A stretch of 64,000 nucleotides of DNA from Lama guanicoe (GCA_013239625.1 MU054187.1:18530711-18594710); one strand, 5' to 3'. Counted from the stretch's first letter, positions 13,410-27,800 are shown. Program-made: numbers and translations. The notes: generated by a model from the letters alone, not told the origin.

Positions 13410-14330
13410 AAGATTGTTTTGGCTATTTTAGTTCTTTTGCCTTTTCATATAAATTTACAATTCAACTCATTAATTTCTTCAAAAAAGTCTGCTAAGACTT
13501 TGACTGAGATTGTATGGAACCTGTGGATTAATTTGCAATATTGATGTCTCCATTTATTTAGACCTTCTTTAATTTCCTGTTGTAATCTGTTGTGGGTTTT
13601 GGTGTAGAGTTTTACACATCCATCTTTCATTAAATTTATCCCTAAACATTTTTCTGTTATTGCAAATAGTTTTCAAAATTTCAATTACTATTTATTCTTA
13701 GTATACAGAAATACATTGATTTTTGTATACTGACCTTGTATTCTGCAACTTTGCTAAGTTTACTTTTAGTACTAGCAGCCTTTTTGCAGATTCCTTTGGG
13801 TTTTCTACATACACAATCATGATGTCTGCAGATAAACAGTTTCACGTCTTCCTTTCCAACCTGTATGTCGCGCCTTACTACTCTGGCTAGGACCTCCAGT
13901 ATAATGTTGAACAGAAGTGGTGAAGATGGACATCCATGTCTTACTTCTGATCTTAGAAAACACTGAGCCTTCCACCATTAAGTTTGATTCTAGTTATAGA
14001 TTGTTTTATAGACGCCTTTAATAGGTTGAAGAAGTTCCCTTATATTCCTAGTTTGTTGAAATGTTTACTATTGAATATGTGTTGAATTTTGTCAAAAGCT
14101 CTTTCTGTGTCTGATTATATGGGTTTTCTCCTTTATTCTATTAATATGATAAATTACACTGATTGGACAAAACTTACATTCTCAGGATAAACACTGCTTG
14201 GGTCAGGATGTATTATTCCTTTAAAAAATTATTTTTGGATTGCTAGTATTTTAAGGATTTTTACATTCAAGTTCATAAGATATTGGTCTATAGTTCTCTT
14301 TTTTGTGTGACACTTTGGTCTAGCTGTAGT
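13410..14330 (-). mobile_element. Old L1 ORF2 fragment (RT region)
   Basis: Antisense ORF2 motifs (gattgttttggctatt; atcatgatgtctgcagataa; ctggctaggacctccagtataatgttgaa). The ORF track shows a decayed L1 peptide at 13445-13630. Confidence 0.8.
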
Positions 14331-15741
14331 ACCTGACATTTATTTTCTGTGATCATTATGAGTTGGTAGAGAGTGGGAAAGCAAGTAGGATGGGACGTTT
14401 GTGTGTGCTTGACAATTACTAGTGGAGTAAAAATAATTACATCAATGACTCAGTATAAAGTAGTGGTTTGCCTGAACCCTGGTAGCAAAAAATAGGGCTC
14501 TAAATTTTAATACTAAAAGGGACTGATCCTGTCACCGCGATTATATTTCACTAAATACTACCTTGAATTCTAGTATTCTAGGTTCCTTGAACCTTCCCAG
14601 GTATCTCTTATGATCAGATATTATATAGTATAATTAATATGTATTTTACAGTTCTTGGCATCATATACCTACATGAGGGTTGGTTCATGATAATTGCTGT
14701 TCCCCTTACATGACAAAAAAAACATTTCTTTGACTACTTTTGATGGGAAATGATTTGCCAATAAACACCAAGTCTCCGGGATGGGAGAAGGCTGGCTTAA
14801 CAGACTCACCTGCTAAAAAGTAAAATACTAGGTGTGATTGTAAAATTTGACTAGTGTTTCCATATTTCATCTTCTACATCTCACTATTTCACCCCAAGGG
14901 TACAACTGAAAAGGTTTTCATATTTCACACAATTTTCATATAATACTCATATTACTAGTAAGACATTTGCTGACCTAATATTTTGGTGTTGATCTTTGAA
15001 ATACTAACAAAGCCCTTGATCTTCAATGGACTCTCAAGAAGCCTTTCTCAATTGCGATTCAGCCAGAGACACAAGTCTTACAGCAATGGTCTGGATGACT
15101 ATTTTCTCAATTCTCCCAAGGATCGTTAAGAAGTTAATTCTTTATATATAATGCGCCTTAGGCCATTAAGGCATAATTCTCTGGCAGAACTTTTGTTAAA
15201 AGGTGACATGATAAATCTTTCAAAAAGATGTAGGCAACACAATGGTAAGATTTATCTGTAAACTGTATTATATGTAACACAATTATTAAATGTCTCAGAT
15301 ATATGATTAGAAATAAAAATAATTTCATAAAAATACCTAAGAGCATCTTTACCAATACAGCTATCTTAGTGAATAAATGCTTTTTGCCATCTGAAGTGAA
15401 ATTATGAGTTTATGGGCTTTTCTTTATATCAGACTAGCTGACCTCTCGGGTATTATTCAGGACAGGCGTTACCCAGTGCTGAATGAGTAAGTCTCTGAGG
15501 CTCAGCGTCCTGGAGTTCCCAGTGTGAATTCAGAGCACACATCCTTGTGAGTCTCAATTTGGGACTCATATTCCACACCCCTGTATCTTCTCTAGTCACA
15601 GCATCTCCAGTAGACATTGATTTCCAACCTAATACCCACTCTTCTCTCTCACCTCCACATCCTGCTTCCTGACAAAGTCCCATTTTGTTCAGGCAGCCAC
15701 CCTGGTATATTTCAGACGGCACCCTCATCCCAGGGAGATCT

Positions 15742-16198
15742 CAGGGCTAGTTTCATGAGTGTGTGACCAAAGCAGTCACTCAGGGCCTCACACACAGAAG
15801 GACCCTGTGTTTGGGGTTTAATACTCTGTGGTCTCTGACCTGAAATTTTTTTTTTTTGTATTTTTTTAAGCGATGCACTCAAGGCTTCAAGCCTCGGCTC
15901 ATGTGTGGTCCTGCCTCCTTAGGACAGGTTCTCAAATACTCTCTTCTGTGCCATGATCAGCAGGGAAAAGTCCACATTGCACGTCACCCTCTGCCGCAGT
16001 GGGGGCCTGGGCACAGGCGCAGGTCCGTGAGTGAGTTGGCAAGGTCCTCTCACCTATCCACAATCTAGGTTCCTCTGGGCATTCACAGTGGGTTAGGGTT
16101 GCGGGACGATGGGAAGGGAAGATTAATTTCCCTGCCCCCAACTTGGACATCACATTTTCAGTTTGTCCTGAGTCATGCAAATTCTGCAGCCCGCTCTA
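15742..16198 (+). mobile_element. MER45-like hAT DNA transposon relic
   Basis: 5' end cagggctagtttcatgagtgtgtgacc...cagggcc...cagaagg and 3' end ttttcagttt...gcaaattctgcagcc. Possible decayed 8-bp TSD ggagatct/gcagatcc. Confidence 0.7.
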
Positions 16199-16214
16199 GC
16201 AGATCCTGACAAGT

Positions 16215-16650
16215 CCGAATCAGTCATGCTGGTCTCTCCACAGTTGGTGATTCCTCTATACAGCTTGGCATGTGATGCAATTCCAGCCAATAATACATGA
16301 AAGAATTTCTACAGGGGAACTTCTGGGAAAGGTTTCTTACTCTTCAAAGAGACACAAGAAAGAGATGCCCGTTTTCTACATCTGTAAGTCATCAATTCCG
16401 GATGTGATACCTGAATTGTCACCACTATTTTGCCACCATAGAGAGATCAGCCTGAGTACAAACCTGTGGGGAGGAGGGCTAGTCTAGACTAGAGAATTAC
16501 AAAGAGGAGGAGCCAGGGTTTTTACCACAATTAAACTACAACTGCCCTACTTCTGAATTTCTTGTTGTGTTAGTTAATTCAATTTCCTTATTGTTTAAGA
16601 CACTTAAGGTGAGATTTTCTGTTAATTGCAGCTGAAGCATTCTAGGTGCT
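16215..16650 (+). mobile_element. MLT1J-like LTR relic
   Basis: Motifs atgtgatgcaattccagccaat; cttctgggaaaggtttct; ttccttattgtttaag...ttttctgttaattgcagctgaa. Confidence 0.6.
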
Positions 16651-17829
16651 GAGAACATCTTGATACATAAGATACACTTTTGATAGCAATACAGTTTCAC
16701 AGAACCTATTTTATCAATTGTGGAAAAGAACTGCCCATTCCCCCAAGTGAATTTTCCCTGTATTTTAAATCAAACTATTCAAAAACACACCCTTTCAAAA
16801 CTTGTTAGAATATCGTCAGTGGTTTCTATAATCACAGACAGACAATTTTATTCATTTAGACTGAGATGCGTTATCATGAAGGACTTATTAACACAGTATC
16901 TTAGAAAGAAACTAACTTTCTAGTAAGCTTATTTTCTTTCTCTTCCTCCCCTAGCCTTCCAAAATCAAGCTCCTCATCAATGAGCTGTGTACCAGATAAA
17001 CAGAGAATAGCAAAAAACATATTCCCACTGGGAAAAGAAATGTCCCGTACTCTGTCTGGCAGGAGAATGACATTAGCTTTTGTGTAGAGGTAGAAATGTT
17101 CTTCCTAAGGAGCATTCTGTGGCCAAGATCCAAATGGTCTGGAACCTCACCTCCAAATAGCAGAAGCACCATCACAGAAAGCGCACCAGCAGAAGCATCC
17201 CTGTTCTCACTAGCTGAGCTCTTCCCACCCCCCTGCATCCAGTCCTCCACACAGGGGAAGGTCCCACACCCTCAAAAGAGTTCCTTATTTCCCATGAGCA
17301 GTTTCTCTGCTACAGGGAACCAGCTGTCCCATACAGTGGATGACTGGGTGTCTCTTGAGAGCTGCCAAGGTCCGCAAAGCAAATGATCTATTCCTGGATA
17401 AAATAAAGTGAAGACTGGATAGTAACATTCACAATTAGACAAATCTGATAAATTTGTATTAGGTAAAGCATCCAAGAGCAGGCCAGGGACAAAAATTTCA
17501 CTGGAATTGAAGGGAAAAAAATCGTAAATCCCCTGCAAAAGACAAAGCCTTAAAACACATGATTACAGCTTTCTTAGAGATAAATTTTGGTAGTGAGAAA
17601 ATTAATTAAACATTCTTTGGAAGCCATGGAGCTGAAGTCAGTGCACTGACTAACGGAGCAGCTGTCAGTGCAAAGTGGGTTCCTGTCCTAATCCTGTTCT
17701 GACCTCAGACTTGAGCCTGAGAACCTGTCAGAAAGGTGCTCTCACAGTGGAAGACATCAAGCAGCAGCTGCTGGCACTCAGCAGGCTGCAGCCGTTTTCT
17801 CTCGCTTTAAAAAATATAATGCCACTCTG

Positions 17830-18385
17830 GTTGCATATTTCATGATACCACGGGTGTCCATAATTCTCCTGCCACTGCAGAGGACAGTGAGGTTTCAATT
17901 CCGTTAGTACACTGCTGTCCAGTGACAAAATGAATATACTGCTGTCACACACAGGAATGTGGTCATCTCAATAGTCAAACAAAAGAAGCCAGACCCCAAA
18001 ACCACCTACTCTATGGTTCCATTCAAATAAAGTTAAAGGGGGGAGGGAAATATCTCAGTGGTAGAGCTCATGCTTAGCAGGCATGAGGTCCTAGGTTCAA
18101 TCCCCAGTACCTCTATTAAAAAAGAGAAAAGAAAAGTTTAAAATCGGCCAAATTTATCTACCATGCTAGCTGTCAGGGACGATGGTTGCCAAGGAGAGCG
18201 GAGGCAGTGACTGGGAGAGGCTCTTGTGAGGTGCTGAGGTACTGGTTATTGCCTATTTCTTAAACTGGGTGGTGGTTACTGGGTGTGCTCACTTTGGGAT
18301 AATTTATTAAGCTGTATACTTAGGATTGGTACACTTTTCTTTATGAGTGGTATTTTTCAATCACAAGATTGAAAAAAAGAAACAA
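17830..18385 (+). mobile_element. Ancient L1 (L1MC/ME-like) 3' fragment
   Basis: Motifs aaaagaagccaga...ctatggttccatt and ctgggtggtggttac...attaagctgtatactta. Confidence 0.65.
18038..18132 (+). mobile_element. Short tRNA-derived SINE inserted into an old L1 3' fragment
   Basis: ggggagggaaatatctcagtggtagag...ggttcaatccccagtacc followed by an A-rich tail. Imperfect TSD aaagtt(t)aaa. Lacks the 3' segment present in the other two SINEs. Confidence 0.85.
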
Positions 18386-18469
18386 AAAAGATTAACTGCC
18401 AAACAAAACTCGTAACTACTCTGACCAAGCAACTTGTCAACCCCAAACTAGCAAGCAGTTCTCGCCCAG

Positions 18470-20330
18470 GGTCTCCCGTGGCTTCCTCAAACACAGGCAT
18501 GGCCTGTGATGCTGGATGCTGGCTGGGACCTCAGCGGGGACTGTCATCCAGAACACCTACCTTTGTCCTCTCTGTGTGGTCTGGGACTTCTCACAGCATG
18601 GCGGCTAAATTCCAAAAGAGAAAGTGAGGTCGAACCAACCAACCTTATGACCTAGCCTTAGTCACTTCCACTGCATTCTACTTGTGAAAAGTGAGTGCTG
18701 TAAGGCAGCCTGTGCTCAAAGAGAAGGGAATTAGATGGGAGGGGCATTGAGAAATTTGTGGACAGTTTTAAAGTCACCACAGCCTGATACTGCCCATGAA
18801 TTATTTACATTCTTCTCACAAGCAAAATACACTTACTCCCTCCTCCTAAGACCTCTACAAATTTTAACAAAGTCTCATTTATCAAGGTGGCATAAGGCTA
18901 AGTTTCAAGATTAAAGATCGCATAATCTAATCAAGTCCAGGTAGAGATAAGAGCCCCTCCGTGTGGTTTTATAGGAACAAATCCTTTATTACCATTCTTG
19001 ATATGAAGACTCAAAACTAAAAAACAAATCCCACATCTCCACACATAAATACCCAACACATGATGGTGGGACAGGCATCAGATAACTGCTCTAGACCCCC
19101 TGTTCTAAAAAGGAGGGAAACAGGAGGCGTACAGCAGAATCTGGCCCATAACATCTCTGAAATCCAGCAACGTTGCCAGTTGCTTGTTTAGGGCTCAGTC
19201 CCACTATGTGGGGATGACTCTCCAGGGCTCGCCTCTGCCCTCTCAGTTCTTAGTTCCATCCTCCTAACTAGCCTTCCTTTTTCATAAAATGTAGTCCGCA
19301 TTTGCAGTGGAATAGTAGTTTTCTCAGCCTGCTCCCTCCCCTTAGAAATCTAGGACACCAAATACCTCCATTTTACACTGTCCCTGTCTCTTTTAGTGAA
19401 AGCAATTCTCTTAAATTCAAATACAATTCTTTTAAAAATTCTGTGGGTTTTCTATGAGTCATACTGAAATACACTCCATTAGACCAAAGCAAAGCTACAC
19501 ACAGAAATCTTGTTGAGATAAGCCCTCCTCTAACTTTAAAACTACTACAGAATAGTGTCCTTAAGAATATTAGAAGCTCTATTTAATCTATTTAATGAAA
19601 GAAGATCACCCTCAAGATCTTAAGAGGAGCTTCTGTCTGTTTGAAAGGGTCTATAAGACACCACGTGAAATCATTCATAGCTCTTGACAAAGGGTTCTAC
19701 AGTGACATCCTTGACTTCCTCTTTAGACCATGTTCTCCTGACAGCAACCTTGGATTTCACCTCTGCTCACAAGTTACTTCCTAATTAGGACCATCTACTA
19801 TCTGGAGAAGCTGAAAATGAAAAAATACATTTATTTTTGAACCCAAGTCCTGGCTGATTTACACTTAACATCTTGTATTTTAGCTTATCTCTCCTCTCTC
19901 CTCATTTTATGATAGAGGGTAGAAGAAGCCAGGTGGCACCTTTAACTTCTGCCTGGAAAGCTCTTTAACTAGATCATCAAGTTCACTCGGTACATTTTCA
20001 ATTTCCCGTATTACTGTACTTACGTTGCCAAACTTCCTCCACTCTATAACAAAGGTACTCTTTCCTTCAACTTCCAATAATATTTAAGCCCTCGCCGACA
20101 GCCTCCTTGATGCCCTTTAGGCTTCTGCCAATTTATCAAGGTCCATACAGCTTCCATCCACTGCCTGGTCCCAAAGCCAAAGCCACATTTTTAGATTATT
20201 TTCATATCAGCGCTCCACTTTCAGGTACTGAAATCTATGCCAGTTTATCTTTTGCTCTGTAAGGCACTGCTCCAAAACTTAGTGGCTTAAAACAAAAACA
20301 GCCATATACTTTATAAATCTATGATTCTTA
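18470..20330 (-). mobile_element. MaLR (MLT1-type) element with internal sequence and partial LTRs
   Basis: LTR-like pieces at ~18470-18785 (ggctgggacctcagc...ctcacagcatggcggct) and ~20235-20330 (ccaaaacttagtggcttaaaacaa) flank ~1.45 kb of MaLR-internal-like sequence. Confidence 0.7.
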
Positions 20331-21487
20331 TCAAATTTCAAAACAAAGGTTTTGGTTGAAACATTTGTCTTATGGGTAAAGCTGACATTCTTAAATGCAA
20401 GGATGACAATTTTTTAGTACTTCCTAGTTATCACTGGACCGTATTAGAAATGTTTCTGAAAATTAAGAATAGCTAACATTTACTGAGTGCTACTAAACCT
20501 TTCAGACTCTGATTTTCCAAAGGCAAGTGATATAGGACCAAAGCTGCTGGAATGGGACTCAAAGAATTCTAGGCGCCAATCCTGGTTTTACCTCTTACTA
20601 TCTGACTTTGGACCAAGTTCTCTGGTCCTTGGTTTCTTTGCCTGAACTGAATACTTCCTTCCTGCACTTAAATTGAGTGAATATAAACTAATTAGATTAA
20701 ACAATAAATCAACAGTTCTTAGAATCGTTCTTTCACGACTTTAGCAAAGCCCATGAGGCCTTGGTAGTCCGACCTGTGCCTGCTTTCCTGGCACCGCTGG
20801 CCTCGCGTGACAGCTCCCGCCATGTGAACCCTGACCGCAGAGGAGAACTGGGCCACCTGCAGTTCTTGAATGGTCCGGGCTTGCTCTATTTGTTTTCCCC
20901 TCTCCCCGGCTCTTGGCATAAGCTATTCATTCACTCTGCCGAGAAGCCTTCATCTCTCTGGCCCATTATTTTTTCTTCCAACTCAGACCAAACTCCTGTT
21001 CTCAAAGAAACTTCCCTAACACCTTGAGATAGGGCACAGCATCCCCGAAATCTAGTCTAGGACACTAGAGTATGACACTGCCACACCTCGGGCATGCTTG
21101 TACTTCTGTCTGTCCACCCTACTAATGGCGAGACTCCCTCTGGAGGGCAGAAACTATATCCTGGTGCTCTCTGTGTTTTTAACATGTAGGACAGTACCTG
21201 GAATACACTAGAAAATCAACAAATAGTTGCTGAATGAATGTATTTTAACTCTGCTAAAATGTGGTCCAAGAAAATACAAAGTCTTTTAAACAGTCAATTT
21301 TTAGGACTGTACAGATGAACACTGCTATACTGTGGGTATTATTATAAGCTATTAAAATCAAGCTATGCTAATGGTTTTATTCACATACAACTTATATTTA
21401 ATATCAAAGTGGAGTACTTTGGGACAGGTTAATTATAAGCATAAAATATTAATAATTTTTATCTATAATATTTCCCATTACTATAGC

Positions 21488-21825
21488 TTTTTAAAGTAGT
21501 TTTATTGAGCTATACTTCACATATCATAAAGTTTACCCATTTAAAGTATACAATTCAGTGATTTTTAGTATATTCACAGAGTTGTGCCACAATCTAATTT
21601 CAGAACACTTTCATCACCCCAAAGAGAAACCCTGTTGCTCATTAGCAGTCACCCCCCATTTCCCTCTCTCCTGGCTCCATGGCAATAACAAATCTACTTC
21701 CAGTCTCTATGAATTTGCCTATTCTGGACATTTCATATAAATAAAATGATATAATATGTGGTCTTTTGCGACTGGCTTCTTTCATTTAGGATAATGTTTT
21801 TAGGGTTCACCCGTGTTGTGTTACA
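21488..21825 (-). mobile_element. L1MB-like 3' end
   Basis: tttaaagtatacaattcagtgatttttagtatattcacagagttgtg...atttgcctattctggacatttcatataaat. Confidence 0.8.
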
Positions 21826-24800
21826 ACTTCTTTATCCTTTGCCATGTTTTCAAAGCAAAGGCTAGAAGAAAAACACGTTATCACCACGTTTGAAAATCTC
21901 CTCATAATATGAAGAAAGATCCCCGAGTGAAGGAGAAAATGTTGAGATTCCGAGGAACTCAAAGGCTTTTTAAAAAATAATTTTTATTGCTAACTAATTT
22001 TACTTGGTACACCAACAATTTTTTAAAGACATTTACTTTAAAAAAAAGTCACTAATTGATTTTGCTGGGTTTTTCCTTAATGCAAAAGGGAGTTCAAAGA
22101 TTCTGCTGATATGTGTGTACAAAATCAACACTAAGTGATTTAGAGAATGGCAGCTGTCCTGTCCTGTTGCTCCGCTTGGTCCATACAGCTAAACACTCAC
22201 AAATGTGACATGTGCTCAAAACGAGACACTGGACTGTGCTGCTATAGAGTCAGGGTGAATTTTTCTTAGATCTTCGGAGAAACGTTTCAAATTTAACCCA
22301 AGTATACCAAAACTAGTTTGGATTTGCTCAACTCACTTCACTTGACTCAAGCAAATTATACAACTGAAGTTAATAAGGGCTTCCTGTGAGTCTTCGTACA
22401 CCACTGCCTTAAGGATAGATCCAGGGTTACAATCTAGTTTGGGGAGTTGAATAACATAAGCCCATCTAGAATTAGTACCAAAATCAATGTGTGGTGTGGA
22501 CAACGGCAGTGGCCCTTTAACAGCTGGAGCTACACAACAGACTTTGAAATGAAATTCCTTCCTGTTTTCACATGTGAGCTTATAAAACTTTAGAGTGTAC
22601 AGGATTATGTTATTTTAACTACAGCAAAGATTAGTGAACTAATGACATTCTATTGTTAATCTGACTTTAATTGTAAGACTAAATCAGCTCCAAAATACTG
22701 TTACTAATTTTCTTATGGTGGTAAATAGTACTGTATTAAGTAACGCTTCAAAGAGCAGGTCACAGGCTGAGAACTGGAGATCTTTGTTATACAAACATTA
22801 AAAAAAAAAGGAAGAAAGAAAGAATTGTTATTCCCAGGAGGTATTCTACCTATTTGGCTTTGCTAAATAAAAAGATATAATGTAGCTTTTTCTAAGATGT
22901 ATAAGATTTTAAGTTATATTTTTGTTGCAGTTACAGTTTTTTAAAGTTGTATTTCATCCTGAAAGATTAAACAGTACAACTCTAAATAAATGGGTCAGAA
23001 AGAGGTTTCTAATGCAAAGTGATTTCCTCTATCTGAAATAATTTTACTCAAAAAAAGTTTTAGGCAGAACAAAATTCAAGCGCATTTACAAAATGAGTTT
23101 TTGGTATAAAAGAAAGATTACTGTAGAAGCTTTCATCCTAAAAACTTGAGTTACGAAACATTCAAATAGCAAATCAATTTATTTTAGCTACAAGGAGAAG
23201 TAGAAAACATTTAATTATAATCCTTGATCTTTTAGGTTTGTATACTTCAAAAAACTAGTTGAATGTTTTTAAAAATAATACATTGATAGTATTTTATTTC
23301 AAAGGCTCGTAATCTTATGACCAATATTAACTTTATCAATAACAACAATAAAACTCCAGTACTTTCTTTTCTCAAAAGAAAGAAAAGGCTAAATAAACAC
23401 TGACTGATTGGAACGTCTCAACATGGCCAAATCTCCCCGTGGATCACTCCCAAACCTCAAAGCCTGACAACATCCTGTTTTACAGGCAAGGCTGCTTTCT
23501 ACACGGTGCAGCCTCAGAGACGACAGGGCTTTCCTTGGCGGGTGGGTTTAAACCAGCCCCTCATTGCAGGGCGCAAAGCACACTGCAGTGAATCACTACA
23601 GTCGTGCTCAGTGACAGGTACTCTTGCCTCCTTTTTAAAGAGACAAAAACAACAGGAAAGCTGGATGGGAAAATGCCTGGCTGCTTTGTCCCTTGTCTGG
23701 ACAGCCTCTCACTTTCCCACAACAGGTAGGCACAAGCACAGGCTGCTGCTGAATGCTCCAGACCTTGCCAAGATGCTGAAACCCACTGGTTTCTGCGGTT
23801 GTCCCATTTTCTACTGATCCTGGCTCTTGGCCAGAGCTTAATTAAGCCACTGAAAATGCCAGATGGTTAACCCTCTCTGCACTGTACCCACCTACAATTA
23901 TTTGTGAAGCTCTTCAATACACTTCACTCTTCCCAAAGATAAAGATGTGTACCACACTGTATCAGTGTGCAGCAGGGGGTGGGGGTGGGGGCACGCAGGT
24001 ACCCACAGTCCAGTACTTGGTACCAGTACTTACTGTAAAGAAGGAGAAACTTAATAGCTAAGGCTTGGGCTCAGGGAGCCACTACAGTAGACGTGGAGTT
24101 TGGTTTTATTTGTTAGGATTTGGAGTAAAGTGCCAAAGAAATCTTACAGTTTAATCATGTTTAATCTCAGAGAAATAATTTTCCACTAAGAGAAAGAAAA
24201 CAAGTATTCGAATCACAATGTCTGTTATGGATCCTTTTTACCGTAGGAACAAAACATTATAGAGCTTTTGAAATGCCCAGAGCCATTGCTGTTCATTAAA
24301 AAAAGAAAGCACCCTTTTAAGACTTAGGTGCTTTATCTTTTACAAAATGAAAAGATCAAACATAAAACCTTATTTGTAAGCAAAGCGATAGTGTCCCTGG
24401 GTCTCTTGCTAAGATCAACAGCGACGAGGATGAATGGGGGGAAGCGGCGACAATGGGAGAAATGGGTGAAAGGAAGCTCTCTGTCGAGGCTGATTGCGAT
24501 CTTTAGACCCAAGCCCATAACTCTGTTTAACTACTATATCCTGAATACAAAGTTAATTCTGCTCTAATGAGAAGCAAGTGAGGTTGCATGAGGAGAGGAA
24601 GAAGTAACCTTATTGAGCCCATACAATCTGCTACCAGAGAAGACCTGTATTTGAAGATAATTTAAGAATATCCAAATTGGATTCCAGAGAAATGCAGGAA
24701 ATCGATTAGTCAGGCTAATTATATTCTCTTTTTGACAACAGGGTCTCCCACTAGACACAACCTATAATTAAGTAATCTTTTCTTATTCTATATTCTCTAG

Positions 24801-27800
24801 CAAGACATCTACAGATGTTCCACTTCCATCTTCCTAATAACAATGAGGCAACTTTAAATGGACCACAGTAACAGGAGTCACTCTTCAGCTATCCAGTCCC
24901 AAGTCCATATTCCCATTTTACCCCAGTAGTTTTTCCCCATTCTTCTTGTGCTTCGATCACTTGTACTTACAATTCCCATTAGTTTGTAGGAAAATAACAC
25001 CAAAGTTGACTGCTTTCCCTAATAACTATCATGGATACACAAGAATATTCTAATTTGGTGAAGACAGCAAATTTCACACCTATACAACACCACAATATGG
25101 CCAAAACAAAAGAGTGGCTTAATTAATTGCTGGCTAAGAGCCATGTTCTTTCCAAATCAAGGCTTCTGCAAGACAGCATATGGTTTGTTATTTCTTACAA
25201 ATATGAAAAGCCTTTTGAAGTGATTATACTTGGTATCTGTCAAAGTAATTTTATATATGAAATAGTACTAAGAAATGACAAATGTATTATTTGTTAAAAA
25301 AAGATTTCATTATAAGAATTTGAAAACAATTTTCATTTCTAAGCATTGAGATAGTGACCAGCATTCATTTTAGTAAATACTTTAATTTCACATAGTGTTC
25401 CATGTAGAACATGCCAACTTTACTTAAGAACACTAACAGCAAATATTACGGTAAAAGAAAAGTAGGCATTTAATCTGAGGCCCCTGCAGGTAAGAGTTTT
25501 ATATTGCTCATCAGTATGTCTTCAGTACCTAGGATACAGGGGGTAATGATGAATTGCCATCCTCAGAACAGCCACCGTAGCCTCAAAGCACCCAATGCAC
25601 CTGGCCCGAGCACAATCGGAGACACATGTGGCAAGAAGGCATGAGCTGAGCCCGGTTTACAGGGCGCTGGCTCAAAAGACAGCATTAAACCATGTGCTTT
25701 GGCATCCTCAGTGCTTGCTCCTCAAGGTCTCAATGGGATTTGTAACTATCCACTTAGAGAGATACAGCATCCAAACATTTCAGAGACAAAGTGTCAAAAC
25801 ATCAGAAAAACCTCAAAGTTACAAGGTCTTAAAACTGTTTTCCTCTGTCTCCTACATCGGTTCCACTCCCGATACACTTCGTAACGCTACGAGTGACAGT
25901 GTGACTTAGAAAAGCTAACAGGACAGATTTTTAATTTTAAATTGTAACCCAACACCTACCACCTACCAGTCTATCACCTCCCAGGCTTTTTAATAAATAT
26001 TGTTAAATAATGAATTATGGAAGTGAATGAAAATATTGGTACAGAGTACTCTAGTGGTAAATGGATTTTCATGGTTGGGGGGAACACATTTCTAAACATT
26101 TTTTCTTCTACTAATATAAATGTATTTTTGTCTCCAAAGGACATTGAGGATGTGATGTACCAGGACTGATTTATTCATAACTTTTGCTCCTTAGAATACT
26201 GAAAGAAACCAGAAGGGACAGCATTTATTAACATAATTAATAGCCATAAAGCCTCAATTCACTCCAATGTACTTTCATGATCCGGAAATGTGGACCTCTT
26301 GCAAATACCACCCTGCACCGGGGGAACTGAGGCAATGAAAAACGATGGATAAAACCAGCAGGCAAGCAAGCGAAACCAGGTCATGAGAGGGAGACCTTTC
26401 GAAGTGACTTAGTATGATGGGACCGTATGGCATGGAAACATACAAATTATCTTTACCTCACACACCTTAGAAACTAAAATTGCACCAAGATTACTCAGTC
26501 TGGAGTCCTGGGAAAACACTGTGTTACTGAAAGACAACATATGCCAACAGCTGTGGCAGGGGCTGTTTTAAAGTATCCACCTTGTGGCTCTTTTAGTCCT
26601 CCTAATCCATTATCTATTTTCAGTTAAAAATCATGAATGTCCGGCATATAAGAACCTAGACACAGACAAAAAACACGTATTTTTTCCTATGGGGGTGGTA
26701 ACCCGATGTCAATAGCTGCAGCTGTGACTATATAATTACCTGTTTGCATTAACGGAGACCACAGTTTAGATTTAATAGGTCAGATGACAATGCAGCAAAA
26801 TGCATTTAGCCTATGATTACCCCTTTTCAAACATTCTCTCACTCGCAACTTCGACCCTGGGAACATAGCAGGCACAGACTTAGGTCAATAAGAAACACTG
26901 GCCAGCACAATAGGCCTTGCCTCAAACAGCGCTGTTGACAGACACCAGCACAAAGGAAATGAATAGAGTCCCCCTCAGTTCTCACACAGAGCGAAGAATG
27001 ACTCAGTGTGCTGCTGCTTTGGTGCTCTGTTTGTACAGTGTGTACAGCTTTTGTCCTCAGCCACTGTTCACAGCTCAATGGGGGCTAAAGAGCCGAGGAA
27101 GTGAAGGCGGAAGAATGCTCCACACTCTCCCCCGTGGCCAGCACTTGTATCCATATGCACAGAACAGGTCAAGTGAGAACTGGAAAGTCACTCCATAAAA
27201 CTCCTCCTAGCCCAGCTTCCACGAGCATAGTGGTTTCTGAGTTAACATATCGAGAAGGCATTATTTAGAGTGCCTGAAAAAGAGTAAGAGCCACCAGGGG
27301 TGCGACATTAACACAGTCATTGATTGAACTATCAGTAGGTCTGGCATTTTGTTTTCTACCACATTCCTCATATTTCTGTTTCAGAAGCTTATGTTAGATG
27401 CAAAGAGAAATCGAGACTGGCTCAAAGTGGGGAACTAAGGTAATGTAGGCCAGGACTCAAGACAGACCACAGGAATAGGGCCAGAAAGCAGGTGAAGAGG
27501 CCTGAGGCATTAGCAAGGCTGGCAGTGGCATTTCTTTGCTTGTATGTTAATAGCATATTGTCCCAAGTATATACACATCTCTCTTTATGCCTCCTTCCCA
27601 AAGTAATGGGAGTATAACAATAAAGAATTGAACCCAGGGGTAAAATGGAATTCTGAAACAATTCAATGGAGATTATAAACAGATAGTTTCCATAGGCTTA
27701 AGATTGGTTTGCTTGACAGTGGCCGTGAAACCTAGCTACAGCAAGGGATAAGTGCCAGAGCTGAATGAAATGCCCTTGCCCCAAGCCAAAAACATCTGGC

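Noticed and set aside
13000..13860. Opposed L1 ORF2 fragments as a twin-priming inversion
   Set aside because: The fragments cover overlapping ORF2 coordinates, appear to differ in decay and share no TSD. Independent insertions are more likely.
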